Source of the DNA: Monocercomonoides exilis PA203
Lineage: Eukaryota; Protista; Preaxostyla
Length of the DNA: 64,000 bases
NCBI GenBank assembly: GCA_001643675.2
Contig: LSRY02000023.1
Coordinates: forward strand, 558,001 to 622,000
Reading direction: 5' to 3'
This document shows positions 48,998 to 60,337 of the stretch, piece after piece. Within the stretch, counting starts at the first letter, position 1. Each line of letters begins with the position of its first letter. Position numbers and translations under genes: made by a program. The notes beneath the pieces were generated by a model. It had not been told where the DNA came from. It did not search any database and saw only the letters and a list, made by a program, of their open reading frames with translations.

Positions 48998-49568
48998 TTC
49001 AAATGCGGATGGAGAGACTGAAAGCGGCTGGGTACGTAGGAAAGCCATACGCTTGTGAGAAGATGACGAGAAAAAAGGTGCGAGATAGTCAAGGGAAAAA
49101 AGGAGAATCAACCGCCCGAAGTCATACTGGTGCATCGAAAACCTGGATAAAGAAACAGGGAAGGAATAATAAGTTCTTTGAAGGATCCTGCTCCTTTAAT
49201 TAGTGTCGAACAAATGCAGGGAGAAGAATCAGAATGACCCACACAGTGCGTTGTGGGTGGATTTGCTCTGCTGGATTAGCAGAAGAGCGGGAGGCAGAGC
49301 ATATCACACGCAGTTTTCTTTTCCATGTTTCGTGAAAGCGAGAGTGGTTTTTCTTTCTGCTCCGTTTTGAGCTTTCGCCTCACCGGATCCCTGCAGGAAA
49401 GAGCTCCAAGAAGCAATGTCCCCTGCCCTCTGGTCTTCGTGACCAAGGCGAAAAGGCGAAGTCCGTGGTGAAGTGAAGCGGACAATTTATAATATACTTT
49501 TTAATAGTTTGAATGTTTTTGTCTATGTTTTCATCTCGCCCTTTTTTCCACGTCATATTTGGGAGAGC

Positions 49569-49649
49569 GAAGTTCTCACTTAATCCACCCATTAATCGTG
49601 TGCAATACTCATCATCTCGGAGAAAACCTGCCTCACTGCGTTCTATCAA
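49569..49649. repeat. Right inverted terminal repeat and extension of the DIRS-like element
   Basis: Complementary to both the left ITR and the second half of the ICR; AT-rich flank begins immediately after 49649. Confidence 0.85.
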
Positions 49650-50000
49650 AATAATTAAATTTTTTTTTTAACAAATTATTCTAAGTCTTTCATATGCCAA
49701 AGGAATAATTCATTTTCCTTTTGCTTATTTTTACCAATTTTTAATATTGTTCAAAAAAAGTGAAATTCGATCTTTTAATCCATTACAAATAAAGAGGAAA
49801 GATAAATCTTTGCATTTTCTTTAATTTCTTGCCAATGAAAATACTAAAAGCGAAGGCATAAACACTGATATTTTTATGATAGGCTCTTCAATTTTATTTT
49901 ATTTTATTATTTTCTTCCCTGCTTCTTCTCATCAAACGTGTTCTTATTCAACGTGCATGTGAAAATGATATCGTTTTCTAAATGCAACGTTCTCAAGAAA

Positions 50001-51449
50001 ATGTCGGCAAAGGATATCGCTCAAAAATTAACTAGTTTGCAGATATTATTGCATTTGAATTCTTGCTGATTGCATTTCTTTTTCCGTTTTTTTGTTCAGA
50101 GTTGTTTTCTGAACTTGAAGGTTGCAATGAGGAAGAACAAAAAGCGAAAATCGAAGAAATGAATGGAGTGATAGAAAGGATGAGCAAAGAGGACTTTAAT
50201 TCTATTTTTTCAGGATGCCTGCTCGACAATTTGAATAAAATGATTGAAGAAGAGAAATTGACTTTGGAAAATGCATGCTTATTGGGGAAGCACATTGGGT
50301 ATTTCAAAGTGCTGAAATGTGAATGGATTCCTGACTTTGATTATTGTTCATTGAATGAAAGATTTCAAAAGATGATAATTGAAGAAGATGAGAAAGAAGA
50401 AGGAAAAGATGAAAAGCTTCTTGTTGATCTTTGTGAATGCTATCTTATGCTTGTCCACGAAATTCATTGGGAATTGATATCAATTTGCGTGCCTTGCCTT
50501 CTGAAAGTTGCATTGAACAATGTGGAAGATGAAAATGTACAAAAAGAGGTGGAAATGGCTTTGTTGGCTTTGAGCCGCATCGGTGAACATGTGTGAGCAT
50601 TTCTATTTTGTTATTTATTTTTTTCCCCATTTATTTATTTATTTATTTATTTCTCCCTCTTTTATTTATTTATTTATTTTTGATTAGGGATGGATTGGAG
50701 AACAACATCAAAAAGAGATCAAAGAAATTTTGAAGCATCATCAAAAGCATCGTAACCTGACTTGTCTTGCGTATTATTCTGCGTGGAGGTTATTGATAAA
50801 TGGGCTTTACGGTAATAGAAAATTAGAACAGATGATTGTGAACAAGCTGCATTTTGCAAGAGAGGCAGGAAGAGAGTTGAATGAAGAGGCAAAATATGTG
50901 AATTGGGCGGTTAAAAATAAGAAACAAGAAACAGAAGAAGATATTCTTTTGATGAAATGGCTGAAAATACTGCACGTTTTCATCAAGGATTGCAAATTGT
51001 GGAATGAAGAATATTCTGAGCTTATCGGAAGCATTGTTCAGATATTCCGAGTTGCAATGGCTAATCACAGAGGAATTAGCTGTCGATGCATAGAGTTGTT
51101 AAGAGGAGCAGCCGGAAAGAGAAATATCGAAATTGATGACTTGCTGAAAGGCGGAGTTTTTGATCTCATTTTGAAGGAGCTTCAGCGACCAACATTAAAT
51201 GACAGTTTTTTTATGAACTATATGATATGCCTTTTGGAAATTTTAAAAAGACTGAAAAAGGAGGAGGATGGTGAAGCTTCAGAAGCGAAAAGAAAGGCAA
51301 TGAAAATGGAGATACACGAAATGATGGAAGAAGAAGGATACGAAGATACCAACACAAGCTTTCATGGCATATTTTATTTTATTGACAAAACAAAATATTA
51401 TTCATATCAGTTATCGATGCATATTTCAGATTATTCTCTAAATGTTTGA
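50001..51449 (+). CDS. Member 2 of the lineage-expanded alpha-helical hypothetical protein family
   Basis: Exons 50001-50034, 50100-50590 and 50688-51449; GT-AG introns in phases 1 and 0 give a continuous frame (MSAKDIAQKLTKLFSELEGC...). An alternative in-frame ATG lies at 49965. Confidence 0.88.
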
Positions 51450-52526
51450 TGGAATGAGATGTTTTGAATTTTGTGACTCACAATTATTTGTTTTTCTTGT
51501 TTCATCATTTCACAAAATGGCAAAAATAATTTATATTTATAAGTTTGTTCAAAAGAATTTTTCAATCTTGCCTCATCAAAATGAAGTGAAGCAACAAGAA
51601 AAAAAAATCAAATAAAGGATGATGTGCCCCTTTTTTTTTAGAAAGCTCTTCCTCAAATCACACATTCTGTTTGTCATATTCAAAGCGATTCCTTCTGTTT
51701 TCTGAACGCATTCTCTTTGTTGATACTTTCAACAGCTCCTTTTCGATATATTACACACTTCTTCAGATTTGAGTGTTTTCGCTTGACTCTTCAGTCGTGT
51801 TTCCTGACACATCCATTCGAAATTGCACTTTCATATCAATAATAATAACTTTCACCCATCTATTTTAATGGGGCAGATAATAAGACTTAAGAATTTATAT
51901 TTCCCCATCTTTTTTGAAATGAATTAGCAATTTGATGTGTTTCATATTTTTCTTGCGACACACATTCGTCTCTTAGATTCTCTTTTTGATCGTTGGGTTA
52001 AAATTTTTCATCTTCCGTTCTCAGAAATCAGATGGAATTTCGATGAATGACAAGGGTTGAAGTTAAAGGAATACAGAACTACTTTTAATATCTGAAATAA
52101 AACAAATACTAATGATGATTGTGCTAATTCATATCAATTTTTCCGTAAGACTCTTTAGGAGGCAAATCATTTCAGGATGAAAAAACAAAAATAATTTAAC
52201 AGTGCAAAATTAGTTCTTATTTTGAAAAAAAATTCGATCGATACAAAATTCATGAAAAATTATTGTCGCAAAGGTCTAATTCAATAATAACAACTTTTAT
52301 TTTTAACAACAAATTGATTGAAACAAAACGAGCCATTTTTTTGATTTATCAGATGATTATTCACACAGAGGAAGATCATTCATCTTCGTATTCGATTTCA
52401 CTTCTAACTTTTTGAGTGAGCAAATTGGTATTGATAAGATTATATCGTTTTAGTTCCATTCATCATTAATTGTACCATTATAGAAAAGCTTGATCATATA
52501 ATTGAAAAACTTTGATCGTTTTCTTA

Positions 52527-54008
52527 ATGTGGCTTTTGGAATTGTGTTTTATTGTTGAATTTATCCTAAGTGATGACGATACGGTTACGTATTATGTCCA
52601 ATTTGAAAAGGGTGTAAATAGCGAAGATTGTGGAACAAAAGAAAAGCCATGCTTTGAGTTGCAATATTTGATGAAGAAAACGAGCAATGATTTGAAGCGC
52701 AGCATATCTTTAGAGCCATTCACTTATTATGTTGATGGAATGGACATTCTCAAAGGTGAGGTAACCGTCTTCAATTCAAAAGAATCTGATCAAAACTGCT
52801 GTTTGAATAATAACAAAGGTGAATATTTTTTCAAAGTTGAAGAGGCAAAACTTACATTGGAATATATAAACATTACACTTACATGGAAAACTGATAGCTT
52901 TCCCATTGCCTTTATTTTGAAAAATTCATCAGTTTCACTTTATTGCCCAATATTTTATTCAAATTTTCTTGAATCAGAAGAAAATATGAGCGAAGCCCAT
53001 CAAGTTATTACTGCAGTTACCTCCAACTTAACTATTCGAAAAGTTCATTTCACAGATCTTTCGACTTGTGATAGAAAACATTTGAAAGATGCAGAAGTTT
53101 GTAATTGGAATCATGCCTGTTTCGAGCTGGATAATTGTACGACAAAAATAAGTGATTCGGACCTTTCAAGCACTTTTGGGACTATATTTATGGATCAAGG
53201 CTCACTTAAACTGAGTAACGTAGAGTTTTCTTCGTCAATAGTTGAAAATGTGTATAATTCAAGAAGACCTCTGACGTGCATTGGAGATGGCCTCGTCAAT
53301 GCAAGTGGCACTTATGAAAAATTTGGAAGCGACGAAGAGGGAAATTTCTTTGACCTGAGAAAATGCCGAGCAGCTGGAACGTCGCTCACTGTAGATCGCG
53401 AGCCGTTTTTCACTCCTGCTGTCAAATCCGTTTCTAAGGCGGAATTAGTTACCGGTGGTACTTATAAGCTGACTATATTTGTTTTGCATTATCTGCCTTG
53501 CGAACTGAAGTTCTGTGCAAACGGGACGGACAATGAGCTCCGGAAGCTTGCCATCATGCCTGTCGATACGTATTATATTCGAGTTGAAATACACGAAAAC
53601 GACTTCCCAGCGAGATTCAATGCCACTTTTGAGTATCCTACGACGAACAAGGCATACAAGCAGTCCCGTCCGTTTGTTGTGGACATGGACGATCTGCTCT
53701 TCCGAAAACACACATCTGACGACAGAAACAAGCTGACACCCGGCGGCATCGCGGCCATAGTCATTGTGGTTGTGCTGCTTGTGATATCAGTTGTGACCGT
53801 TGTTACTGTTGTCTGTGTGGTCACCCGAAGGAGGAAGAAGAGCACCGCGTTTGTTGGGACAAATATGGCTCCAATGAAGGGACAGACAGCGATGGGCGGA
53901 GGATACGACAAGAATGCGTATGCCTATCAAGGATATGCGGTAACAGCTGCTGCACAGTCTGCGCTGTACCAACCAAACGAAATGCAGATGAACCAGATGC
54001 CTTATTAG
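52527..54008 (+). CDS. Intronless type-I membrane (surface) protein, probable beta-helix-like ectodomain, 493 aa
   Basis: Hydrophobic N-terminus MWLLELCFIVEFILS; DCGTKEKPC motif; single TM GIAAIVIVVVLLVISVVTVVTVVCVV followed by RRRKK; Tyr/Gln/Met-rich tail. Confidence 0.85.
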   Translation: MWLLELCFIVEFILSDDDTVTYYVQFEKGVNSEDCGTKEKPCFELQYLMKKTSNDLKRSISLEPFTYYVDGMDILKGEVTVFNSKESDQNCCLNNNKGEYFFKVEEAKLTLEYINITLTWKTDSFPIAFILKNSSVSLYCPIFYSNFLESEENMSEAHQVITAVTSNLTIRKVHFTDLSTCDRKHLKDAEVCNWNHACFELDNCTTKISDSDLSSTFGTIFMDQGSLKLSNVEFSSSIVENVYNSRRPLTCIGDGLVNASGTYEKFGSDEEGNFFDLRKCRAAGTSLTVDREPFFTPAVKSVSKAELVTGGTYKLTIFVLHYLPCELKFCANGTDNELRKLAIMPVDTYYIRVEIHENDFPARFNATFEYPTTNKAYKQSRPFVVDMDDLLFRKHTSDDRNKLTPGGIAAIVIVVVLLVISVVTVVTVVCVVTRRRKKSTAFVGTNMAPMKGQTAMGGGYDKNAYAYQGYAVTAAAQSALYQPNEMQMNQMPY

Positions 54009-54170
54009 GATGTGGACATAAAACAGCCAACTAACGTGAAATTGAAGTTGCTTATATACTTGTCGAAGGGAGATGAGAGGAAAGAAATTGTAATTTGTGA
54101 TGTTTTTTTAATGAAAATGATGTGTAGGTCATATCATTTTCGGAGTTTACAATCATTGAAATTTTTATTT

Positions 54171-54226
54171 GATTTTTTGATTTTTTGATTTTTTGATTTT
54201 TTGATTTTTTGATTTTTTGATTTTTT
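54171..54226. repeat. (GATTTTTT)x7 tandem repeat
   Basis: Directly visible, downstream of the membrane protein gene. Confidence 0.9.
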
Positions 54227-54815
54227 TTTCTTTTTCAGCTTTTTTGGCAGTTTCCAACAATCTTTTATTTTTTATTTTTAATTTTTGGTTTAGTATTTAC
54301 AATCTTATTTGTGAGAAATCTCACGTGCCTGTAAAGTCTAATGAGAAAATTTGAATGTTTGTGCTGATCGGGTTTTTTCCTTTTCTTTTCTTTTTCTTTC
54401 TTTCTTTCTCACTTTCTCTCTTCATTCTATCACTCCATTCGATTTGGCAACGTATTTTGTCTCTCCAGTTATTCTTTTTTTTTGTTCGAGTTGTATAGGA
54501 TTGCATGTTTTGTTTTATTATTTGTTGTTTTTATTTTCAAGAATTCTTATAAATGCTTTTTTATATTTCGATATCTTCATTCTTTGTTTAAACTTTTTAT
54601 TGTGTTTATTTGATTTCTTCGGAACTCTTTCTTAAACATTGTTTACAAATAATAGAGCGAAAATAAGAAAAGTGTTGATTTGCAAAAATGATAAAAAATA
54701 ATTTAAAAAATTTTTCCGGAAATGTGAAATGATTATTGGATGAAGAACAAAACAAAAAATTTGAAGTGTATAAAAATAGAAAATAAATACAAATTGAAGA
54801 AAACCATGAACATAT

Positions 54816-55435
54816 TTATTCTTCCGTTGCCCACAGACGCTTTCCTTCCACAGCTGCAAGAAGCTCAATCCTCCTCTGCCTTTTCTGCATAGCTCCCACA
54901 AACTGGTCCAGATGTTCAATAAGAATTTTCTTCTCCTCTGCACTGAAATCTCCAAACACTTTCTCACTTCTTCTTATTCTTCTTGCATCTTCTCCCATTC
55001 TCCTTTCTTCCTTATTAAAATTCTTGCTTCCAACTGCCTCTGTCCTCTTTTCCTTTGCCTTCAATCTGTTTGTGGCCTTTGACCTTTTCATCAAATGAAT
55101 TGATGAAACGGACTTGACTGCATCAATTGATTTGCTTTCCCAAATATCTTCCTCTCTTCTTTCTTCATTTCTGAAGCTTTCTTTTCTTTTGACCATCTTT
55201 TCACCGTCAAAATCTTCTTTCCTTCTTTCTAGGGTCAATTTTCCTTCAGTGGCAATAGAATTGTTATTTTTCACTTGCTCTTTCAAACAGGTTTGAGCAT
55301 CCTCGCCAAATAGTTCTTCAATGAGAGGAAACGAACACAACAAATATTTTCAATTCAATAAACAAACAAATAAAAATAAATGCAATTCAATCAATCATTA
55401 ATAAGCATACCAAATTCCTCGTTCCACAATTCCAT
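54816..55435 (-). CDS. Small charged hypothetical protein (~175 aa), two exons
   Basis: Exon 55435-55411 (MELWNEEF), GTATGC...GAAG intron 55410-55316 in phase 1, exon 55315-54816. Lys/Glu/Arg-rich and helical; no family recognised. Confidence 0.65.
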
Positions 55436-57346
55436 TGCTTTTTCTTAAAAATATTCAATAGTTAGTCAGAAAAAAGAAACATCAAAGTTGAAAATGAGCT
55501 GATAAATAAAAACAGAGAAATTTGTGAAAATTATACCTATTTTTGTGCTTTATAAACTCAAAAAATATCAATGCTTTGTTTGCCGGCAGAATTCTTTCCC
55601 ACTTTTTATCTTTCTTTTTTCACTCAAAGCAATCGGAGGAAGCAAACATAAAACATCCCCAGCGAAATCTCCTTTTCTTTTCTATTTCAAAGATGGGTAT
55701 TCATTGAAAAATTGAAAACATTTTTCCCCTTTACAAAAAATCGAAATTGAAGATACAAGTATTGCGATAGATTTGCACATTTCATTTTATTTTAAATATT
55801 TGCTCAAAGCAAACTCTGCAAGTTCCAATGTATTTTGATTCCAAACGAATTGAACAAGAATGTATGCTTAAATTAGTTCACATCTTGTGCGTTTATTTAA
55901 TTTTGAAAAAGAAATCTTTGACCCTGCTCGCATATCAATTCCTCGTATCTTTGGTGCACAACAAAATCTCATACACTCGACATTTCTTTTGGCCGATAAA
56001 TATCATTAATTACTTGGTGAAAAATGAAGAATTTTTAAAAAACGAAAAATTTCTCTGCTGCTGAAGTTATATCAATTCTGAAAACATGATAGAACATATA
56101 TTAATAAATATCCTCTCAACAACTGAATGGCTGAAAATTAATATCTCATCAAAACGCAAGAAATTGAGATTCAATAAATATAAAAGAAAAGAAAGGGTGA
56201 GCTAAATTATTTTTGTAATTCTTATTCAAGAACAATATATATATATTTATATGACTTTGAGTTTGTTGTGCTGTGTTGAGGCGGATGAATCGAGACATTT
56301 GATTGAAAAATTGAACAAGAAAATAGATAATAATATGAAAAGAATGAAATTGTGAATTATGAAAGAGTGGCATTCACTAAATGGAGCTTAAATGTGTTTT
56401 TCAAAATACGCAACAAAAGATAAAAAACCGAGTCATCATAGGCAGTCCAATCTTCTGCTCGTTCATTTCGCCTTTTTCACATGCGCAAACAAATTGCATA
56501 AATACATTGTAAACGCCTTCTCTTGAACTTTCTCAAGCTTCCTTCCAAATCATTGATGCTAAAATTCACATCATGATTCAGTAAAACTCCTGCTTCCTTC
56601 TGGACATTTCTTATATCTTCATGTCTTCTTTTCTTGATGAATATAAACCTTCGTCACTTCGCTCTTATCATCTTCCTCCCTTTATGACGCTTCATGGCGC
56701 ATCCACACACCAAACATTGTAAAGAACTCAAATGCTTCAACAAAAAAACAAACAAATACGAACATGAAAAAAGAGTGAAAAATCAAGATAGCAAGCAGGC
56801 TCACAAATTGGCTGACTTAAAATATGAAAAGAAATACCAAAAAAAGATAAATGAAGAGAATTTGACTTTAAAAAAACAAAAATTAGTTCACAAATGCAAA
56901 ATCAATCAAAATAAGATTCTGTGGCCTGCTGAAACGAACAAATATTCGCAAAAGACGAAGATTTCTTTTCAATAACCAAAAAACATAAAAAAAGGTAAAT
57001 AAAAATCTTTTATAATAAAAACTAGAATGAATATTCAAAATCACATTAAAAGCAAATACAGCTAACATTATTAATATCACAAGTCGAAGAACATGATTAT
57101 ATAAAAAGAAGAGGAAAAATGGATTGAAAGAAAAGCAAAAAAAAAAAATGGATGAACATTATTAACTTTCAGTCCAAACATAAACCTCTCTAAAAATCAA
57201 TAAACAAACACAAATTGCAAATTACCTCGGAAAATATCAAAGAAAGCAAAGAATAATAGACGCAAGAGCATTCCCAGCAGCTGAAGAAACAACAATAAAA
57301 AAAATAAATTTTATTCAATGAATTATGAAATCAAAAGAACTGTTCC

Positions 57347-58787
57347 TCAGTGCTTCACAGACACCTTTAGCCCATTCGCACCAGCTGCGCCCACACCCAC
57401 ACCCACGCCCACACCCTCTCCGACAGCCACACTCACACCCACGCTCGTCCCCATCACCCCAGCTGATGCCACACAGCTCCCTGGATGTCCGTGCCCAGCC
57501 ACAGTCTGATGGCACACTCCCCCAACAGCCTTCACTTCGTCGCTCCTGACATCCTCCTGGCTCCCCTTTCTGTTCGTCCACATCCGCATCCACAGCAATG
57601 TTGTAGCACAGCAGCACAAGCACAGATGAAGAGTATGTTGTGAATGAGGCAAAAAAAGCACGCAAAAAGCAGGAATCAAGGATGGGGAAAAAATGTTATC
57701 AATAAAACAAATTGTAAAAGGATGGTTCAAAAAAGAAGAAGAAATCGAAAACCAAGAAGAAGAAGTGCAAACGATAGAGTTGGAGGTGCTGTTGTGCGAA
57801 TGGTTGTTGCGGTTGATGCGTTTGTGCCTGCAGAAGCAGACGAGAACGGAGCAGTCTGCAGCTGTGCACAAGAATTCGCATCTGCGCATCCAAACACATA
57901 TTCTGCACCCCACTGCGGTGGTATCTCCAAACTGGCAACAAAGTCCCATTTGCCAGGCGCAATCACTCCCTTCGTTCCAAATGTGATATGATCACAAGAG
58001 TACGGCAGTATTGAAGGGGGAAAAATATTGAGAAAAAAGATATTGAAAAATGATAGTACAAAAAAGAAACTGTGGAAAATTGAGTTAAAAATAATATTTC
58101 TACAAAAACAAATGAAATCAAAAGCACTGCATCTGAACTCCAGCATTCACAGCACACCTTTTCATCAACAACCAAGTTCACCCAAAACTTCTTCAGGTCA
58201 TAGTACACAACACGGTATGTGTCTGCTGTCAAATACAGGCGATAGTCCAGATGCTCCAAAAAGATCCGCTCCATCCGACACAGCTCGCTCAGCCCAATGC
58301 TCCCGTTCGAGCAAATTGCAAACGACTTTGTAGAACACGACACATCGTCCCATGCCTTCGATGCCACCATCAGGCTTGTAAACACAACCCGCTCCCAATT
58401 CAGCCCTGTCAGAATCAATCCCTTGTTCTTCCCCGCACTCAGAAACGACTCAAGATACACCATCCCGGCAATCAGGCACTCGGGCTCTATCTGTGCCCGC
58501 CGAAACAGCGAATACACAAACTTGTACACTCGTATAAAATCGGGGACAGAAGCTCGTACGTGTTCCTCTACTCCGCTCCCACTTGAGCTCCCTCCAAGCT
58601 TCTTGTTCTCGAAGATCCCATACTCTTTCTCCATCCCTGCAAATTTCCCTGCACGCACCACTTCCACATAAGTTTTTCGTAGAAGGCCATACACTGCGGC
58701 TGCAACGCCCTCCACCGTGCGATTCATTTGCAGCCCGTTTTCTCCACTTTTCTGACTCCCGTTCAACACGTTTCCGTTTGAACTCAT
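57347..58787 (-). CDS. Cyclin Y-like (Pho80/cyclin P-Y group) protein, ~349 aa, three exons
   Basis: The cyclin box VYKFVYSLFRRAQIEPECLIAGMVYLE...NWERVVFTSLMVASKAWDD...LCRMERIFLEHLDYRLY...YYDL follows cyclin Y. Phase-consistent exons 58787-58158, 57969-57773 and 57569-57347; the 3' exons are less certain than the cyclin box. Confidence 0.88.
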
Positions 58788-60337
58788 AAATCTTCCACCA
58801 AAAAACAATATTCAATAAGAAAACATGAATTTTTTTAATATAACATTTTTATTCAAAAAAAATAAGCTTGAAATCGAAATTTTGACAAAAAAAAGAATAC
58901 AAATTCTTCACAAAAATGAAAATGCAATCTCTATTTCTGAGCAAAATAAAAATATCAAGATAGCAACTTCTGCAAATAATAAGAAAATAAAGTTCATTTT
59001 GAAGTCAAAAACAAATAAACAAATTTATTTTCGAAAATCCAATTCTTAACTCTCTCAAAAAATTCGCATCTAGTTTCTTCACATAGATAAGCCATCCACA
59101 TACAATTATTTCCAAAGTGCAGAATAAATCCGGCACACAATGAGCAACAAAAACTGAAATGTCTGGATTAGCATTTATATATAAGTATGGTTGCATAGTG
59201 ATCATTTTGTTTTTTGAAAGAAATTTTCATTTTTGCTTTTTTTTAACCATTAAAGCAATGAGTTTTCATAAAGAGAAATATGAACAATTCGTTTAACGTT
59301 TTCATTTTGGTATATTTATTGCAATTGTTTAAGATTTTTTTGTTTTTATTATAAAAAAATAAACTTAAAAAATCCAAAAAGCATTTTTGATGTTTTGGAA
59401 ATCTCACTAAATGTGAATGAAAAAGGTTAGTTATCTTTCATTCAGTTGGCTGATGGATTTTGTACCTTTTTTGTTCCATCGAATTTCTAAGAAATCAAAT
59501 AATAACCAAGAGATGCTGATCAATAGAATTAGATAATTGATGGAAAAGAATACTCGAAGCATTGACGATAGAAAGCTTCAGATTTATCGTCCACTTTACA
59601 GTTAGTAGATATTTGCTAGCTTTCATGAATTCAGAAAATTATTTGTGATTTGTATATTTTCAAATCTTCTTCTTTCCCACAGCTCCAGAAAAGAAAATGA
59701 AGAGAAACATAATGAAATGGAGAAAGGATGTCCAAATGACATTATGCCCTTCCATTCTCACATGGCATGTCGCACAGATGCAATCGATGAAAGTGAAAGA
59801 TAAGTCTAATTGAATTTTTAAATTAATTTTTTCAAAGGAATCCGTGAGCATGCTTAAAACAAATGCAGAATGTGATAATTCATAATTTGCATCAAAATAT
59901 AAAACTCCACATTTTCTTGCTTTCATTCTCATTCACTTTCACAAAAGTCAAGAAATAACTTCCATTCAGGCTTTTTATCGTCCGATTTCTCTTCATCTTC
60001 AATAAAATTCAATTCTTGAAAAGGACGTTGGCTCATTTTATTCAGAAAAAACATTTTTTCGAAAGAAAAACGGATTTTTTTTAAAATGTTCCATTTAAAT
60101 TTGCTGTTGGTTTGATCAAAAAGAAATTAAAGATTGGAGTTTCTGGCTTTTCCAGCTGAGATCATTGAAGTTATTGCGCTTTCTTTTGTGCTTTTTTGAA
60201 GCAAATAGAAAAAATTTTTGAATTTTATTTGACGCTTTTTCTTTTTGAAAGATTATCAAAGATGTTTGTATTTGTCAAATTCGTTGATTATAAATCTGTT
60301 GTTCGATTTTGTATATCCAGAATAAATAGTTAACACA

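Larger units (their letters stand above)
45362..49649 (+). mobile_element. DIRS-type tyrosine-recombinase retrotransposon, ~4.3 kb, coding-dead but with intact terminal architecture
   Basis: Left ITR ~45362-45457 and right ITR ~49569-49649 are imperfect inverted repeats. The internal complementary region is at 48903-48997. RT remnant YKGKE*RGSARYG*LNQQNIF...MRLCIFES at ~46170-46320, then KLPP, then the YR remnant. Confidence 0.85.

Noticed and set aside
49360-49470. HDV-like ribozyme (GGCGAA followed by a strand pairing with CGGAT)
   Set aside because: No P3/L3/P1.1 nested pseudoknot of the CCUCCUCG type could be built; kept only as generic structure.
56100-57300. Additional exons or genes downstream of the cyclin
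   Set aside because: Only short exon-like fragments with stops; no consistent model could be built.
57990-58100. Non-canonical AC acceptor (ttcaatAC) in the cyclin gene
   Set aside because: A canonical phase-matched AG at 57970 gives a consistent model, and no U12-type ATATCC donor is present.
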